From contig NGBS01000913.1 in NCBI GenBank assembly GCA_002245135.1, positions 1 through 63,048 on the forward strand: DNA of 63,048 nt, read 5' to 3'. This DNA comes from Proteromonas lacertae (lineage: Eukaryota). The position numbers and the translations under genes are program-made. Within the stretch, counting starts at the first letter, position 1; every line of letters starts with the position of its first letter. The notes below the pieces were generated by a model. It was not told the DNA's origin. It ran no database searches and saw nothing but the letters and a program-made list of their open reading frames with translations. Positions 48,845-63,048 of this stretch are shown here, piece after piece.

Positions 48845-50959
48845 TTAATTCTGTTTCAATACTGATAATAGTATAACTGAAGCATTATTTCCTATTATTG
48901 ACGCATATGGATATAATGGAGAAGGTAAATTTTTAACAAGTAAAACAGGAGATGAATTATTATGACTTATCCAAAATTCTCTTTTATTCATATCAACAAT
49001 CACTTCATAAATTGAACCATCTCCATGATTATTGAAATTAGGATTTTTATTAACAACTCTTCCAATATTACAAAATCTATTAATATCTATACTTTTACCA
49101 TCATATGCATAATAATTACATGTTGTTGATTGTTCATCAATATCATCACCAGAATATGTATTATCTGTTGATAATCCTAACATTATACCATCATAATAAC
49201 TTCCATTTTGATGAAATTTATATTTGATATGATAAACTCCATTTTCCATTTTCAAATTCAAATAACAATGATTATAACCACAAATTGTATTTTTTATTGT
49301 TTTTCCATTATTTGATATTGATATTCCATAACTTTTGTTTAATTCTGTGAATTTCACATCGACAAATTCTAATGACATTTTAAATTTCTTTTCATTTAGA
49401 ATATTCTTACAACTTATTTCATATTTTCTCTTTTCGATTTTTTTATCAACTTTTCCATGAATTATTCCATTTTCTTTATTTATCATTAAACCATCTGGCA
49501 ATGAAGGATTGATTGAAAATTCACATCGATTTCCATCACATAAAGGAATTATTGATATTTCTTCATAAATAGCAAATGAATATTCTGATTGAGGATATGA
49601 AAATGATGTGATTTCTTTTGTTTTTAATTCTTTCAATAATTCTCTATCTTTCATTATTTCTATCATTTCTTCTTCTTCTTTTAAACTCAGTTTATTCTCT
49701 TTTATATATTCTATTAATAATTCTTTAGATTTGGAGTTTAAATAATTATCTTCATTCAATATTCTAAAAAGAATCTCTTTTCCACATACTTCTTCTATTA
49801 TTGAAACACTCTTTTTATCATCAACAAATAAACATAAACATTTCATTGTTCGATTTCTTTTATTCTCATTGTATTGCATACATAATCTATCCAATAGATT
49901 TCTCTTTTCGATATTTGAGATATATTCTATTTAAATATATTTTTAGTATTTATACTTTCAATTTTCATATTCTTATATTTCATTATCATCAACACTATTT
50001 CTGTTATTTTTATATTATTCATTTCTAATATACACATTATTTCATCATTCAATTCTTCTTCTTTCATCTTATCCAATATTCTTCTTTCTTCTTCATTAAA
50101 GACTTCTTCTTCATTATCTTCATTGTAATTATTGATTATTACATTTTGAATTCTCTCATCTTTTATACAATATAATTCTATATAATTTTTATATTCATTT
50201 TTCTTCAATTCTATTTTCATTTCTTTCAACATTTCTTTATTCTCTTTTTCTATCTCTTTCTCTTTTATCTTTTCACAATCGATATCTTCTTCTATCAATT
50301 GTTTAAAATCATCTTGTATCTCTTCATTATCATTGTTGTTCTTTTGGAATTTATACCATTCTAATAAGCGATTTAATAACCAACTCTCACTTCGAATTAT
50401 CACATCTCTCATATTTAATATCTCTATCAAATTATTCATTTCTAATCTCAACAAATATTCATTCTTATATAAATATTTATATCCTCGCTTTTCTATTTCC
50501 ATATTTTTCAATTCTTCTATCTCTCTCAAACATCCACCAAATACATTACATATATGAATTAATTTCATTAATACTTCATCATCTATATTATTCTTCACAA
50601 ATTCATAACAATCATTTATTATCTCTTTTTCACTATAACATAAACAAAACATCAACACTTCACATACACTCTCTTTACTGATTATCAGTTCACCACCACT
50701 GTAGTATTTCTCCATCTCATAATAACCGATTTCTTCATATAACTCCAAAACTCCAACAAACTCACGATCTAACAACAGTTTCTTTACAGTTTCATTTCCA
50801 TTCACTAAAATTGATTTGATTGACATTATTCGATTATCTCCAATCTTCACTTCTATATCACCAAAACCACTTTCAACCAATTTTCGACATAATCTATCAT
50901 AAAAATAAATATAAAATATACCCCTCTTCTCTTATGCGCTTATTCACTTTTATTATCAT
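48845..50959 (-). CDS. BTB/BACK + Ig-like + SPRY domain protein (3 exons)
   Basis: FGDIEVKIG..YYSGGEL BTB-like, FSINPSLPDGLMIN..GIIHG Ig-like, VDMNKREF..LYPYAS SPRY; the two ORFs are joined in frame by a 29-nt intron ending at 49927. Confidence 0.8.
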
Positions 50960-51339
50960 CTTTATGTAAATATATAACAAAAATAACGAAATTAGATTTT
51001 TAACAAAATTTTGATTAACCCCAAACTTAAAATGTGATTTAATTCAATTGCAGAAGGTGTGATAAAAACACTAATACTCTATTGTGATTTATTAATGCAT
51101 ATTGCATATGTTGTGATAATATAAATGATGAATGTTAAGTTTTAGTGTTAGTTAGTGTTATTGAAAGTGAAATGTAATATAAACATGATGTAGATGATAT
51201 TTAATATTTATTGATGTAATTGGATATGTATAGAATTTATAAGAGATTTAAATAGAAATTTTAACTTGTAGTACAATATGTGTGAATGATGAGAGTAATT
51301 AAATGAAGTATAAGCAATGTATTGAACGAATTAATTATG

Positions 51340-53050
51340 AAACATCATTTTCATTGGTGTGAAAATTCTATTTTTCATTATTGCAAAGATAATCATTCTT
51401 AAAACAAGAATTATAGTTAAAATACTCTCTTACATCAATCCAATTTAAAAAAAAGGAAAAGAGAAAATAAACAATCAAAATAACAAAAATATTAATCAAA
51501 ACATTTACAAAATATCATTCAACGATCAAGATATCTTACTTTCTTCAATACACAAAAATACAATAACACCATCTGGATTTATCCAAAATATCTGTTTCCA
51601 TGGAGTTTTTAATGAAGGATAAGGAATTGTAAAACCACTTGAAGTAAACAAAATATTCAACAAACATGATGAAAATATACCATTCATCTGAACTAATGGA
51701 TAGAAATATGAAAAGAAATGACCAGCTGTTACAGCAAACATTAAAAACGAATACATTGTAAAGAAATGTCGAAAAACAGCTTCAGCAGTTGATTTCAATC
51801 CTGCCATTGAATAATAGAAACATAAATAACACCAAGTTACGAAGAAAGTAAATACAAATTCTGCACATAATGCTCCAATTAATTGAGCAATTGGATGATA
51901 AGTTCTCATCGCATCTTCACGATAGAAAACTGTTCTTCGATCTAATAACACTGGAACTACTCCAAGGATATTATTAACAGCCATTGTCATTGAGAAATTC
52001 GCTAAACAAGCATATCTACTTTGTAGATTACCTGTTGTATCCATTGGAGTTTGATAGTATAACACACCCATCCTCTTTTTTGCCTATCATCATATCTTTA
52101 TATTCTTTTAATTCTAATAATTCTATTACTTCTTTTACATAATTGTGGATTGAAGATTCTCGAGGATGACATGGATATCTTAATCTACCACTAAACATCA
52201 ATCAAGTAATGTATATTGTTGTTCAACATATCAACTTATCATACACAAATCTTTCATTTTATATTCTTTTCCATTCAATAACAATTTACCTTCTATCTTT
52301 CCTTTGTGTTTTTCTATTTCCTAATACATCTAATAATGTTCTTTTACCAACTCCACTTTCTTACATTAATGTTGTCATACTGGGAGATAGAACATATCCA
52401 CTTACATCATCCAATAATATTTTATCTGTCTTTCTTTTTAGTATCTCCATCTTCCACTTTTACTGTATATTTTATATGTTCAAATGAAAAATCAATTGTG
52501 TTAAATTTAACTTCTGAAACTGAAGATCTTCCACTCATTTCACTTTGGCTTGTTAAATCGACAGATTTCACATATTTTATTGAAACGGTTTTACTTGGTG
52601 GAAAATCAATTGATTCTCTTGTAAATTCATTAATTGTCATTCCTTTTATCATATAACTCATTGGAATGAAATAATAAAACTCAATTAACCATTTGGGTAA
52701 AGTATTACGAGTTATATTGATGATATTAAATCAGTTTAAAAACAATACAACAAAGTGGTAACAAAGTAGATAATACACCTAATTTTACATATAAATACAT
52801 CATAATCAACTGAAATGAGGTAAATGTGATATATCATATAAACAAATAGGATATAAATATGAAATAATGGGAAATATCTTCAGTCAAAATAAAATCACTC
52901 ATAAAATAGACAATTAAATCATCAATCATAACTGCATAGGATATTGATTGACAAACACCTCTAATACACAAAACTGGTAATCTGCTACAATATCTTCATC
53001 ATTTCACTATATTCTTATCAACACTTCCCATAATAACCATCATAACATCA
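51340..53050 (-). pseudogene. Fragmented ABCG/PDR transporter pseudogene; limits approximate
   Basis: ABC2 membrane fragment RTVFYRE..FWINP (51526-52071); NBD remnant IKYTV..*ILLDDVSGY..LM*ESGVGKRTLLDVL with stops and large deletions. Confidence 0.8.
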
Positions 53051-53249
53051 TTTACATTAAAATACTTCCACATCACTTTTTATTTGATATTTATAAAAAT
53101 GAGAATCAAGCCTTGAATATAGCAATTCAAACTATTTTTATATTTTCTATGTTTTTGAGTAAATATAAACAACAATACATTATGAAGAATGTAAATGTTT
53201 AAATTTTCAGATTTTCTAACTTTAATGATTAGAAACTGATAATAATTCT

Positions 53250-53545
53250 ATTGAAGTTGTATTATAATATAATTCAGCATATGAATATAATGGAGAAGGT
53301 AAATCTTTAACAAGTAAAACAGGAGATGAATCATTATGACTAATCTAAAATTCTCTTTTATTCATATCAACTATCACTTCATAAATTGAACCATTTCCAT
53401 GATTATTGAAATTTGGATTTTTATTAACAACTGTTCCAATATGACATAATGATGTAATATCTTGACTTTTACCATTTTATGCCTAATAATTACATGTTGT
53501 TGATTGATTATGAATATCATTACCAAAATATAAATTTTCAGTTGT
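53250..53545 (-). pseudogene. SPRY-domain relic, paralogous to about 48870-49170
   Basis: Nucleotide similarity (tataatggagaaggtaaat..acaagtaaaacaggagatgaat) with stops. Confidence 0.8.
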
Positions 53546-53594
53546 ATATGTATACATGTGTTATTTAATAGATATATTTTAGTAAATAAACAAT

Positions 53595-56500
53595 TTAGTA
53601 TATCTTATCAACAATAATTTTGTATTTATATTCTTTTAATGTTATTTCCTGATAAGTATATCTCTTTTAGTGGTTTATAATATTTTAATCTTTCTATCAA
53701 CATTTTATATCCTTTTTCACTCATTCCAATATCTATTCATATTATATAAAGATATTATATTCATATAAATACTTGAGATATTTAGTGATGTTGTTAATTT
53801 TTTAACAAATTTATCTAAATTTTTACATATTATCTCTATTCCTTCATCTCCAATTGGATTATTGAATATGGAAATATAACGAACATCTGTCGGTAAAGAA
53901 TCTGTTAATTCTTTGAATCCTTTTGAAGAAATCTTATTATTAGATAAATCTATTATATTGTAATTAATCTGTTTAATTAATGATATGTGATAATCATAAA
54001 TATTCATATCTATTGTATTACAAATTTATATTTTATATACTAGAAAAATTATAATTCTTAAAATCAACTCTTTTCTTTTTAATACAATAATCCAAATAAT
54101 ATTTTAACTCTTTCTCTGTCCATGATAAACATTTCATTTCTATAAATGGATATTTTTCATTTTCTAAAGATTTTCTACATATGGGTTTTAATCTATTTAT
54201 TTTAATATTGTTTCCATCTAAGAATATTATATTGCACTTTACAATGGAATCTATCTTATTTGTTAATAATTTTACACTATCATCATTTATTGAAATATTA
54301 CTCAAATTAATTTCATTTCGAAAATTTAACATATTTAAATTGTTTAATAATAATTTAAATCCTATATTACCTATTGGATTATCTATTATAACAAATTATA
54401 AATGTTATTGTGAATATAATACTATAAATCAATATATATTTAATGTTGTCATTCTCTTTAACATATTTCATCAAATATTCTATCCCTTTTGAATTAATAT
54501 TATTATTACTTATATCAAGGATTATCATTTCTTTCACTTCTTTTAAACTATCTAATAAACATTTTAAAACAATTAAAGATAATTTCATTCCTATTACATA
54601 TCATTTATAATCATAAATATTATACCTGAACATTGTATACTTTTATATTCATTATGCTTGTCGAATAATAAATGTAAATGTGGAGATAATACTTTCATTC
54701 CTTCGTCTCCTATTTCATTTCCACGCAATTCAAGTTGTTTAAGATTTGAAAATGAAGATAAATTGTTAATCAGTATTTCTATACTCACATGTGTTAGTTT
54801 ATTATCTATAAATCATACAAAAATATCAAATTATACAACTCAAATTTAACCATCTTATATCTCTCAATTCATTTGATCTTACAACAATTAATGATTTGAA
54901 AAAATCATCATCAATATATAAATTACTTAGTATTATTTCACCATATTCATCTATGCATTTGATCAATTTTGGAATGTCTTTATCAATTAGTAATTCTCTA
55001 CAAACATCGCAACATATATTTGGAAATTTGCTGAATAAGGTTTTTAATCCAACAGAATGAATATTACTGTTTTCTTCAACATCTATTTTCTTAAGATTGG
55101 GGTATTTATATAACTCTTGGGATAATAATATCATTGATTCGTCATTTAAATGCATTTCATGAAGCATTAATTCATTATTGCTGTTAATTAATAAATGTAA
55201 ATATGGAAGTAATAGTTTAAATCCATTTAGACCAATTACATTCCCTATTTAATATATATATATATAATATACATCTAATGTCTATATACTTTAATCCAAT
55301 CAACAAATGAATCGAGTTAGTAAAAGATTTAATGAAAGGAATACTAAGATTGCATGAAGCCATAGTTAATTCTCTTAGATTTGATAATTGACATAAATAC
55401 CATCCTAATAAGGGTTGACATTGGGATGGAATATTAAATCTGTAGGCTATATACATAAAAATGATTAGATAATACCAAACCATAGTGTTCTTGGATTAAT
55501 TAGTTCCAGTATGCTGAAGATATATTTCATTCCTTCTTTGCAAAAGCATATACATTGTTGATCAATATATATTATTCCTTTATCTTTTCTATGAGAAATG
55601 TTAAACATCATTTCATCTAAATAACACTCTTTTCTTTCTTTACACCGATTATGAATTTGATATTTCATTTTTTTATTTATTAAATTATCTCTTTTGTATA
55701 ATTTCATCATCAATAATATCGATATTATCTTTTCATTAGGTTTTTTATTATAACACTCTATCAAACTATCTCGAATTACTTCATATTTGTTACTTTGGAG
55801 AAAATATGTAGACATTACGTTAAATGGCAATATTTCTATTAAATAATCATTATTTGTTATTGTCTCTTTTCTTTCTTTATATATTACTAGCTTCTTATCA
55901 TCATCTTTCAACATTTCACTCATTTTCACCATTTCTTTTCTCAATTCTTTCAAACTCAATCGATCTTCTTTTTTCACTTTCAACATTTTTTCTATCATTT
56001 CTTTCATTGAATCATCACATTCTACATCTAAACTGTATTTACATCTCATGATATTATTCAACAATTTATATATATTGTTTTCTTTATTAAATGGTAATTT
56101 CTTGTTTAACATTTCATATAATATACATCCAATTGACCAAATTACACTTTTATCATTACATTCTAATCCATTCAATTCTTCTGGACTTTTAAAACACATA
56201 TCATATATTCCATTTTCGCTTACTTTTCTTAATGTATTTACATATAAGTCACATATCTTGATATTATCATAATCTCTTTCATATACTATATTTGAACTCT
56301 TCAAATTATTTATATCCAAATCATATCCACTCAATATCATTAAAATATCACATACACTACACATCATACCACAAATATCACTTCTTAATACACAATCACA
56401 TCCAATTATCTCTTCTAAATCTTTTGAGTAATAATCTCTCTTTAATATCATCATATTTGTGCCGATAATTGACATTTTTAATTTATAAGTGAGGTTACAA

Positions 56501-56746
56501 CAACAGCTACACACTAATCTGTTTTTCTCATTGAATTTCAAGATGGCTTTTTCGCTCATATTACTATAACCCATTATTTTTATTATTTCATTGCAATTTT
56601 CATATTCAACTCTCAAACACACATCTCTACTATTATTTTTGAATCTTTCTTTTATCTATGTAAAATAAGCATATTTAATGTACTTTTCCATCGATGGGTA
56701 GTACTAAGTTTATTGCACTATCAATAAGCGAGGATAAGCTTATCAT
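53595..56746 (-). CDS. Pseudokinase + RI-like LRR protein, multi-exon
   Basis: NLKSSNI, ICDL, SPEEL, IWSIGCILYEM kinase subdomains lacking HRD/DFG; LELRGNEIGDEG, LDISNNNINSKG, IFNNPIGDEG LRRs. Confidence 0.8.
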
Positions 56747-57246
56747 TTCATTCAAAATAAATAAATTCGGTCGTTTCATGTCAGTTATATTTTTCATTCT
56801 CATTAAACTCAATCATAGCGTTGAAAATATGCTGGCTTATATAATAAAATTATGTTATTATCTATTGTGATTAGGATTATGTATTTGAATTTCTCGTTAT
56901 TCATCATATCTTTGTTTTATATTTGTAAGTGACTGTATAATATAATATACAATTAACAGTATTTAACAATTCTTCTTCTTTTTGTGATGTGAAAGATTAA
57001 AATATGAAATATGATCTATTGTTATAATAGGAACAATTTGAACTAGTAATCAAATTAATAAAATGAAATATATATATATATATTCTTAAACAGCTTGATA
57101 TATCTTCTTAGCAATAATATATTTAAAATATAAAGTATTTATTTAACACTAATATTAACAAAAAGGAGAATTGAAATTGTTATTTTTATATTTGATTAAT
57201 TTTTATAATAATACAAAAAAGAACAAAACAACATTTTTTATGTAAT

Positions 57247-58443
57247 TTAATGATGAATTTTCTTCTTTTTGTTTTTGTTTTTATTTGAAAATGTATTTCT
57301 TCTTTTATTTGGTAGTTTTAAATCATCCTATATATATATATTCATTATAATATATATACCAAATCAGTCCTTGTCATCTTATCTAATGTCTTATAATCTG
57401 ATTGAATATTGAACAATCCATTATTATCTTTCCTCATTAATTTCTCTCTTCTCTTCTTATCTTTCTTTGTCATTACTAATCGAGTGTAGTAATTTTCTTC
57501 ATAGTCTCTTATCTCTCGATCTTCATCTTCAATTTTCTTTGGTTTTACTCCAAATGATTCAATCTTCTCTGGTTCATCCCCGTATTCTTGCCTTATTTCA
57601 TCTAATATAGTATTCTCAGATAAGATTCTGTTTTTATATTCTTGTTTTTTCATATTCTCATTTTCCATTCTTATATTGTTATTAAAGAATCATCATTATT
57701 ATTATTAGTATATATATATATAAGGATATTTTCTTGTTCTTCGTATGGAACTGCTGCTAATTTTGGAGGTTTATATACTTTATTCTTTTTATTCTTATCA
57801 ATAGTATTTACTGATTTCTTTTTTGATATATTTTTCACTCTTTCAGAATCACTTTCTATTTCCATTACTTCATTATAAGTATCTTCTTCTAGTTCTTCTT
57901 CATCTTCTTCTTTTGATACAAGTTCTTCTGGATTTGGCTTTAAGAATAGTGGATCATTTACATTGAAATTATCACCTCTTTTAGCTATTAAAACATATTT
58001 ATCAATTTGATATTGTAATTTTTGTTCTAATGGTGCTATTTTATCTAAATATACTCTATAGAATAATATTTACAAGTTTTAAATACCTTATTTCTATTAA
58101 ACGATCAATAACTGGATGATTTTTAACTGATACTCCTTTTGTTTTGAGAAGTGAATAAAAATTTAGATTCATACAATAATCGAGTAATAAATGGTATTTT
58201 ACATCTAAAAACTCAATTCCATTTTTCAAATCATTCTTTGGATCACTTACAAACGATTTTAATATATCTAATTGTTTCTTTGCACACTCACAAGCTTCAT
58301 TAATTATGTTAATGTGTTGTTGGAGTGGATTAATCTAAAATGAAAAAAGAAATATACATTTTCTTCATCTTCAACATTTTCTATAATCAAAATAATTGAG
58401 AATATATACTATTCACTGAAGAATATATTTTGGTTAATGACAT
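57247..58443 (-). CDS. NGDN: Neuroguidin/Lcp5 (Sas10/Utp3/C1D family), multi-exon
   Basis: GIEFLDVKYHLLLDY, HPVIDRLIEIR..LDKIAPLEQKLQYQIDK, YKPPKLAAVPY, DYEENYYTRL. Confidence 0.88.
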
Positions 58444-58503
58444 TTCAAAAATGAATATGGCTTGAAAGAATCAAACCTATATTATAAAAATTGAGTTTTC
58501 TCA

Positions 58504-59173
58504 ATGAAAGATAAAGCAAAAAAGATAAAAAAGTTAGAAATAGAAAATCCATATAAAACAACATTGTATATTCATCTGCTGTATTTATTAGACCTCAAAT
58601 TCCAGAATCTGAGAGTGAAATCTATTTAGAGAAAATCAAACAGTATAATATTTGAAGTAAATGATTGATGATATATAGTAATCTATTACCTATTTTATGT
58701 GAATATTTTGAAAGAAGAAAAAGAGTTAAAAAAGTGAAAGAGAATGAGAGTGATGATTTTATTCCATTGCCAATAAAGAAATCAAATAATGAGAAGATAT
58801 GTGTGATAGGTATAAATGAATGTTTGAGATGTGTGGAGAATAAAAACCCTTTAATAGTAATAATAAATGCTCAACTTGAGTATATATATAATGAAACTGA
58901 TATAATTTGAATAGACCATTGTATATGATAAATCATTTAGTGTTATTGTGTTGTTTAAAGAATATAAAAGTGTTATCAATTCCAAATTCAAGTTTTGAAG
59001 TTTCAAAGATATTGAAAATCCATCGATTTTCATCATTTTGTTTATTGGAAGAGTGTTTGAATAATGTAGATGATAAATTTGTAGAATGTATTCGTTTGTT
59101 GTTAAAAGTTGGAAAGATTCCAAATAGTAAATGGATTCATGAGATAAAGAATAATATAAATACTAATAGTTGA
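58504..59173 (+). CDS. L7Ae-fold protein (Pop3/Rpp38-like), copy 2
   Basis: Mirror of 47996-48665. Confidence 0.6.
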
Positions 59174-59277
59174 TGTGTTAATTTGTGTTTATATTGAATA
59201 AAATGAAAAAATGAAAATAAAAAGAAAGAAAAAGAGATTGTGAAGATTAAATATGAAAAAATTAATAAAATTTATGT

Positions 59278-59350
59278 GGGGATGTAGCTCAGATGGTAGA
59301 GCGCTCGCTTAGCATGCGAGAGGTAAGGGGATCGATGCCCCTCATCTCCA
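59278..59350 (+). tRNA. tRNA-Ala(AGC)
   Basis: 73-nt cloverleaf identical to 47816-47888. Confidence 0.96.
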
Positions 59351-59468
59351 ATTTTCTTTTTATTTTTCTTTCTTTTTTTCTTTATCTATCTTTATTCTAT
59401 ACACATTTTTATTTTTAATAATCAAACAAACACACTTTTTAAAATACATAGAAAATATAATATTTAAT

Positions 59469-62400
59469 TTAACACTCAGAATAATCAGAATCTTTTTCAT
59501 ACGCTTTTATGGTAGATTTCTTTACCTTTTTAGCTTTGATAACTGGCATTGTAGATGTTTTTCTTCTTTTTGCTTTCTTTGATTGGTTTTCATCACCATC
59601 ACCACCGTAATTCTCCATCAAACCATCATACTCCATATATATTGATTGACAATCATCCAAAGTAGTAGGCAAAACAAATTCTTTAATATAATTCTCTCCT
59701 CTTTTATGATCTTTTGATATTGCTGTTTCTCTAGACTTTGCTTGATTATAAATATCAAAATCAGCAATATTTTTGGGTTGTAATTTATAATCTGATTTTA
59801 AACTAGATCTCAATAACAATAAGGATATGAATTTACAAGATTCTACTGCAAAACTGATAACATTATCAAGAGGTTCATCTTCTTCATTTTCCTCAGTAAA
59901 TATTTGAGATAATTGATAATAAGAATTAGTTGAATTTAATGATACTTCTGAATCAATAAGTGATATAATACATATAGGCTCTTCTTCAACAAGATATTTG
60001 ATTGAATATAACAGATTACATAAAAATGATAAGTATTTTAAATCTGATTTATTGATTGCAACTGTTGTTTCATTTATTGCTGTTTTTAAGAATTGATTTC
60101 TACTGGATAATTTAGGATGAATACAATACTCATAACTATATAAAGAATATAATAATAATATAAATACAAATAATCAAATAAACAACTTTTATTATAATTA
60201 ACTTCATATCTATCAAACACTTTCATTTGATATTCATACGCTTTTTGTAGTATTAAACTATAAGAACATTCCCAAGTATTTCCAGAAATTTCTTTAATAT
60301 TGTACAATCTTGTATTACATATTTCATGTATTGAAGTATATTCTAAATCGAATAAACACATTATTATATATGGAATAATCCTAATTGAAGGTAATATTCC
60401 ACTCTTATCAAATGATATTAACATATCTGCAGCAAGATATCTTACATCCTCTATAAAATAACAACAACATATATACTATTTTTATAGAATAAAACATCAA
60501 TTATTGAATTTAATAATGATCCAAATACGACTGTAAATATATTGATAGCTTTATGACAATTCTTTATTCTCTATATATAATTATATAATATTATATTTAA
60601 TATACAATTTGTATTTCACTTTGATTGGATTGAGTTATATATGATAATGAATTTGCTCTTTTACTTTCATTTTTCAGTAAAGTATTTAATGAATATAACA
60701 CTGCTATTGGAATTGTTGGATTTGAATGTTTTAATGATTTAATGATTATTTCTTTAGTGATATCTTCAGTAAATACTTGAGGAATTACTGCAAATAATAA
60801 ACATAACGACTATATATATATTTAAATATATTATTATTATATTATATACAGTGATTGATTTTAGTTGTATATTATCAGATGATGACTTATTCATATAAAA
60901 TTCCTGACAGATCTTAGCACATTCTAATAATAATGGTTCTAATGAACTCATATTCTTACTATAATAATAATAATAATATAAATACACTGTAAATGTAATA
61001 GAACCTCCCATATCACCAATTATACTCAACGCTCTTAACATTTTCATTTCTCCTGATGTTTTATCTTTTAATACCTTCTTACATACATCTAATAGAGTAA
61101 TTACAAGTGTCACATCATTATCACAATTACATAATAATAATGACAAACATCGACAACTTAATCTTACAATTTCAGGAGATTTATTACTCATTATAGTGAT
61201 GTATAATGATTTGCCAATTGGTATTATTATATCATGTGGAATAACAAGTGGTTGGTGTTGAAATACTTTATCAAATAGTAATAAAGTATATTTATATATA
61301 TTATTGTATAATTCCACTTCATTTTTATTATTTTTATCAAATCCTAAGTCTTCAATTGATGTAGTAATATAGATGGATAATATTCCAATATATTGAATAA
61401 ATAATTCAGTACTAATATCGGCAAAGATTCCTAATATAAAAAACAATGAAATAATTTCATTATTCTTTGTAGAAGTATATTTATCCAACTTATTAATAAT
61501 TATTCTAATGACACATTGAACTATGGATAATGAATCAGCTAATTCAGAGCTTGAAGGATACAAACCTGATTCTTCTGATAATATATATTTGATTGACTTT
61601 AATAGTGTTGAATTGATTGAATTATATTTGAATAATTGAGAGAATATACTAATAATTCTATTCGTGTGAGATTCTAAGAATAAACTATTCATCTTTTCAT
61701 TCTTTTCTATACATTCTTTTATTGATTTATAGGTTTTACTATTGGGTGATGTAATTATTACATTTTTATTGCTTTTGACTGTATAATTCCAATCAGATGG
61801 TAAAGAATATGGCGAACAAGAATCAAACCAAATCATTTTAATAAAATTATATACCAAATTCTTAAACTTTATGTCTTGAAAAGGATCTTTTATTATATTC
61901 ATAAATTGTATAAATATTGATAGTTGAAAATCACTATCTGGATTTCTATATATCAATTGTCTCACCAATTCTAAGGAATGTTTCTTTACTGAGTAACCAG
62001 GATCAATTAATAGATCAATAATATGTGGAAAGTATAATTCAATATATTCTTCACTACTGAAGATATATTCACCTATTAACATTACTGATGCATCTCTTAC
62101 ACTACTTTTTGGATCTTTTAAACATGAAACTATTAATTTCTATATATGTATAAATAAATATAAATAATATACAGTTAAAATATCATGTCCAACTCTATTT
62201 TCATTGTTTTCTATAATTGTTCTAATCCCTTTAATAGCTTCTGATCTTATCTTTGGATATTGTGAACTTAATGACTTGTTTAATATCATAACAATTAATG
62301 TTTTACACTTTAACCATATACTATTTCTCATTAGCTGTAATATATAGAAAATAATGTCATTTTCATTCAATATATCAGTAATAAAGAATTGTGGTAAAGT

Positions 62401-63048
62401 TGAGATATTCTTCATAAAATCATAAAATGAGAAATCTTTACAGTTTTCTTCTTGGGAATATTGATATAAATAATAATTCCTTGCTATCTTATATTCAATA
62501 GAATTATAGTGATTGTATTGCCAAGCACAGTAATGTAATAATATTTGTCTATTAATGAATGTATTTGAATATTTCACTTTCTTTATAGCTCTCTTTTTAA
62601 ATTTCTCATTTTTAATCAAATTTTTTACCGTTTCAATTTCTTTCATAGCTGTATTATAACAATTACATCTTTTACATTTCCAATTATCCATTGATTCTGA
62701 TAAATAAATACATTTTCGATGGAATATTCTTTTACAGTCTATACATTTTATATCTGATTTTATATTGAAATGAATAATATTTTCATTACAACAACTATAT
62801 ATTGTATCTATAACTTCATTACTATCATTATTATTATTATTATTATTAGGAAATACTTCTAATCCATCGATTTTATCCTTCAATATTTGCATACTATCAC
62901 ATATTCTAGCTAATATCTTTAAATGAATTGCATTTATATATTTATCTTCTTAATCATCGATGACATTATATGTAAATAAATTATTAACATTCTTTCAGCT
63001 AGTGGCCACATTGGATCGCTAATAACTTCTAATAAATCTGAATAAAAT
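59469..63048 (-). CDS. SCC2: Cohesin loader SCC2/Nipped-B-like with PHD finger; 5' part outside window
   Basis: PKIRSEAIK, DPKSSVRDASVMLIGEY, DPGYSVKK HEAT repeats, FLCNLL..EEEP C-terminal motif, CIDC..FHRKC..WKCKRC PHD. Confidence 0.85.

Larger units (their letters stand above)
58443..59462. repeat. Right arm of about 1.02-kb inverted duplication
   Basis: Reverse complement of 47704-48726. Confidence 0.95.

Noticed and set aside
49894..49960. Apparent frameshift between the BTB and SPRY ORFs
   Set aside because: Resolved by a 29-nt GT-AG intron that restores the frame
1..63048. Stop codons created by polyadenylation, alternative genetic code, CRISPR arrays
   Set aside because: All genes I could trace end in encoded stops under the standard code, ORF breaks are explained by introns, and no repeat-spacer array was seen

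Overview
Very AT-rich, gene-dense eukaryotic DNA with many 25-35 nt GT-AG introns and TGTTT(G/A)TT motifs just 3' of several genes. This suggests a Blastocystis-like stramenopile (inference, not proven). Positions 1-~5.4 kb hold the right part of an intron-less endogenous Polinton-like virus: minor capsid/penton, major capsid, A32-type packaging ATPase, a fibre-like ORF and a Cys-rich ORF, followed by a dyad-rich GC island. Next come a two-repeat cyclic-nucleotide-binding K+ channel, a TGT..ACA fold-back element with a 6-bp TSD, and a MULE transposase inside a 2.3-kb inverted repeat that also mirrors 1 kb of flanking DNA. The rest is host genes: AP-2 mu, otubain, a large ARM-like gene, three tandem GT10 fucosyltransferases, an IPC/SM synthase, RPT2, a mastigoneme-family EGF protein, an NBD-only Hsp70, a C2H2 protein, three tRNA-Ala(AGC), BTB-SPRY and pseudokinase-LRR genes, neuroguidin and SCC2. 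There is also a 1-kb inverted duplication and several pseudogenes. Exon limits were read by eye and no database searches were run.
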